The position numbers and the translations under genes were made by a program. From a virus: DNA of 64,000 nt. Under the pieces are notes generated by a model. That model was not told the DNA's origin. It ran no database searches and saw only the letters and a list, made by a program, of their open reading frames with translations. Location of the stretch: IMG/VR virus record IMGVR_UViG_3300032213_002070, positions 64,001 to 128,000 of that record. One strand, written 5' to 3'. This document shows positions 63,617-64,000 of the stretch, one piece after another (positions within the stretch are counted from its first letter, which is position 1; each line of letters starts with the position of its first letter).

Positions 63617-64000
63617 ATGGACGAATCTAAAACGATAGATTTAGCTATTGCTAAATTAGATAAGCAGTTCGGAATTGGAACTGTAATGAAGTTAGGAAAT
63701 TCTATAGCCCAACAGTGGCCATCAATCTCCACAGGCGCACCAACTCTTGATAAGATTTTAGGTATTGGCGGCCTTCCTAAAGGAAGAATTGTAGAAATAT
63801 TTGGTCCAGAATCTTCTGGTAAGTCTACAATATCTTTATCATTAGTTGCTCAAGCCCAAAAAATGGGAGTACGTTGTGCATATATTGATGCAGAACATGC
63901 ACTAGATCCTAGCTATATGATGGATTTGGGTATTAACTTAGATGATTTGCTATTAGCTCAACCCCATTATGGTGAAGAAGCATTAGAAATTGTTGATACT
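63617..64000 (+). CDS. recA: RecA recombinase (5' part)
   Basis: [52 protein letters not shown]. Confidence 0.95.
   Translation, partial: MDESKTIDLAIAKLDKQFGIGTVMKLGNSIAQQWPSISTGAPTLDKILGIGGLPKGRIVEIFGPESSGKSTISLSLVAQAQKMGVRCAYIDAEHALDPSYMMDLGINLDDLLLAQPHYGEEALEIVDT

Noticed and set aside
1-64000. tRNA gene that could explain the recoding
   Set aside because: Intergenic gaps are short and I saw no cloverleaf or T-loop motif; any such tRNA would lie outside this window.

Overview
Part of a large, AT-rich myovirus-type tailed phage genome. Nearly all genes are on the minus strand. The window holds the virion module (TerL, portal, prohead protease/scaffold with an embedded Dps-like domain, capsid decoration, major capsid, neck, two sheath-like and three tube-like proteins, tail chaperones, start of a probable tape measure, many fibre proteins). 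It also holds an accessory block (8 prolyl-4-hydroxylase-like 2OG-Fe(II) oxygenases, 2 glutathione peroxidase-like proteins, 3 glycosyltransferases), a ClpA/B-like ATPase and the start of recA. Main finding: 13 genes are interrupted at 14 sites. At every site the start frame reaches an in-frame CGG, stops soon after, and the protein continues in the +1 frame from GGA/GGT (12 CGGA, 2 CGGT). I found no in-frame CGG in the intact ORFs I scanned. This looks like systematic +1 recoding or four-base decoding of CGG-N, mostly in late/structural genes; a context-specific sequencing error is not excluded. Second: the major capsid 3' UTR has a 23-nt stretch complementary to 23S rRNA helix 69. Third: two (PPxF)n proteins lie beside prolyl-hydroxylase-like enzymes and a hydroxyproline GlcNAc-transferase-like enzyme. 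All family assignments come from motif recognition, not database searches.
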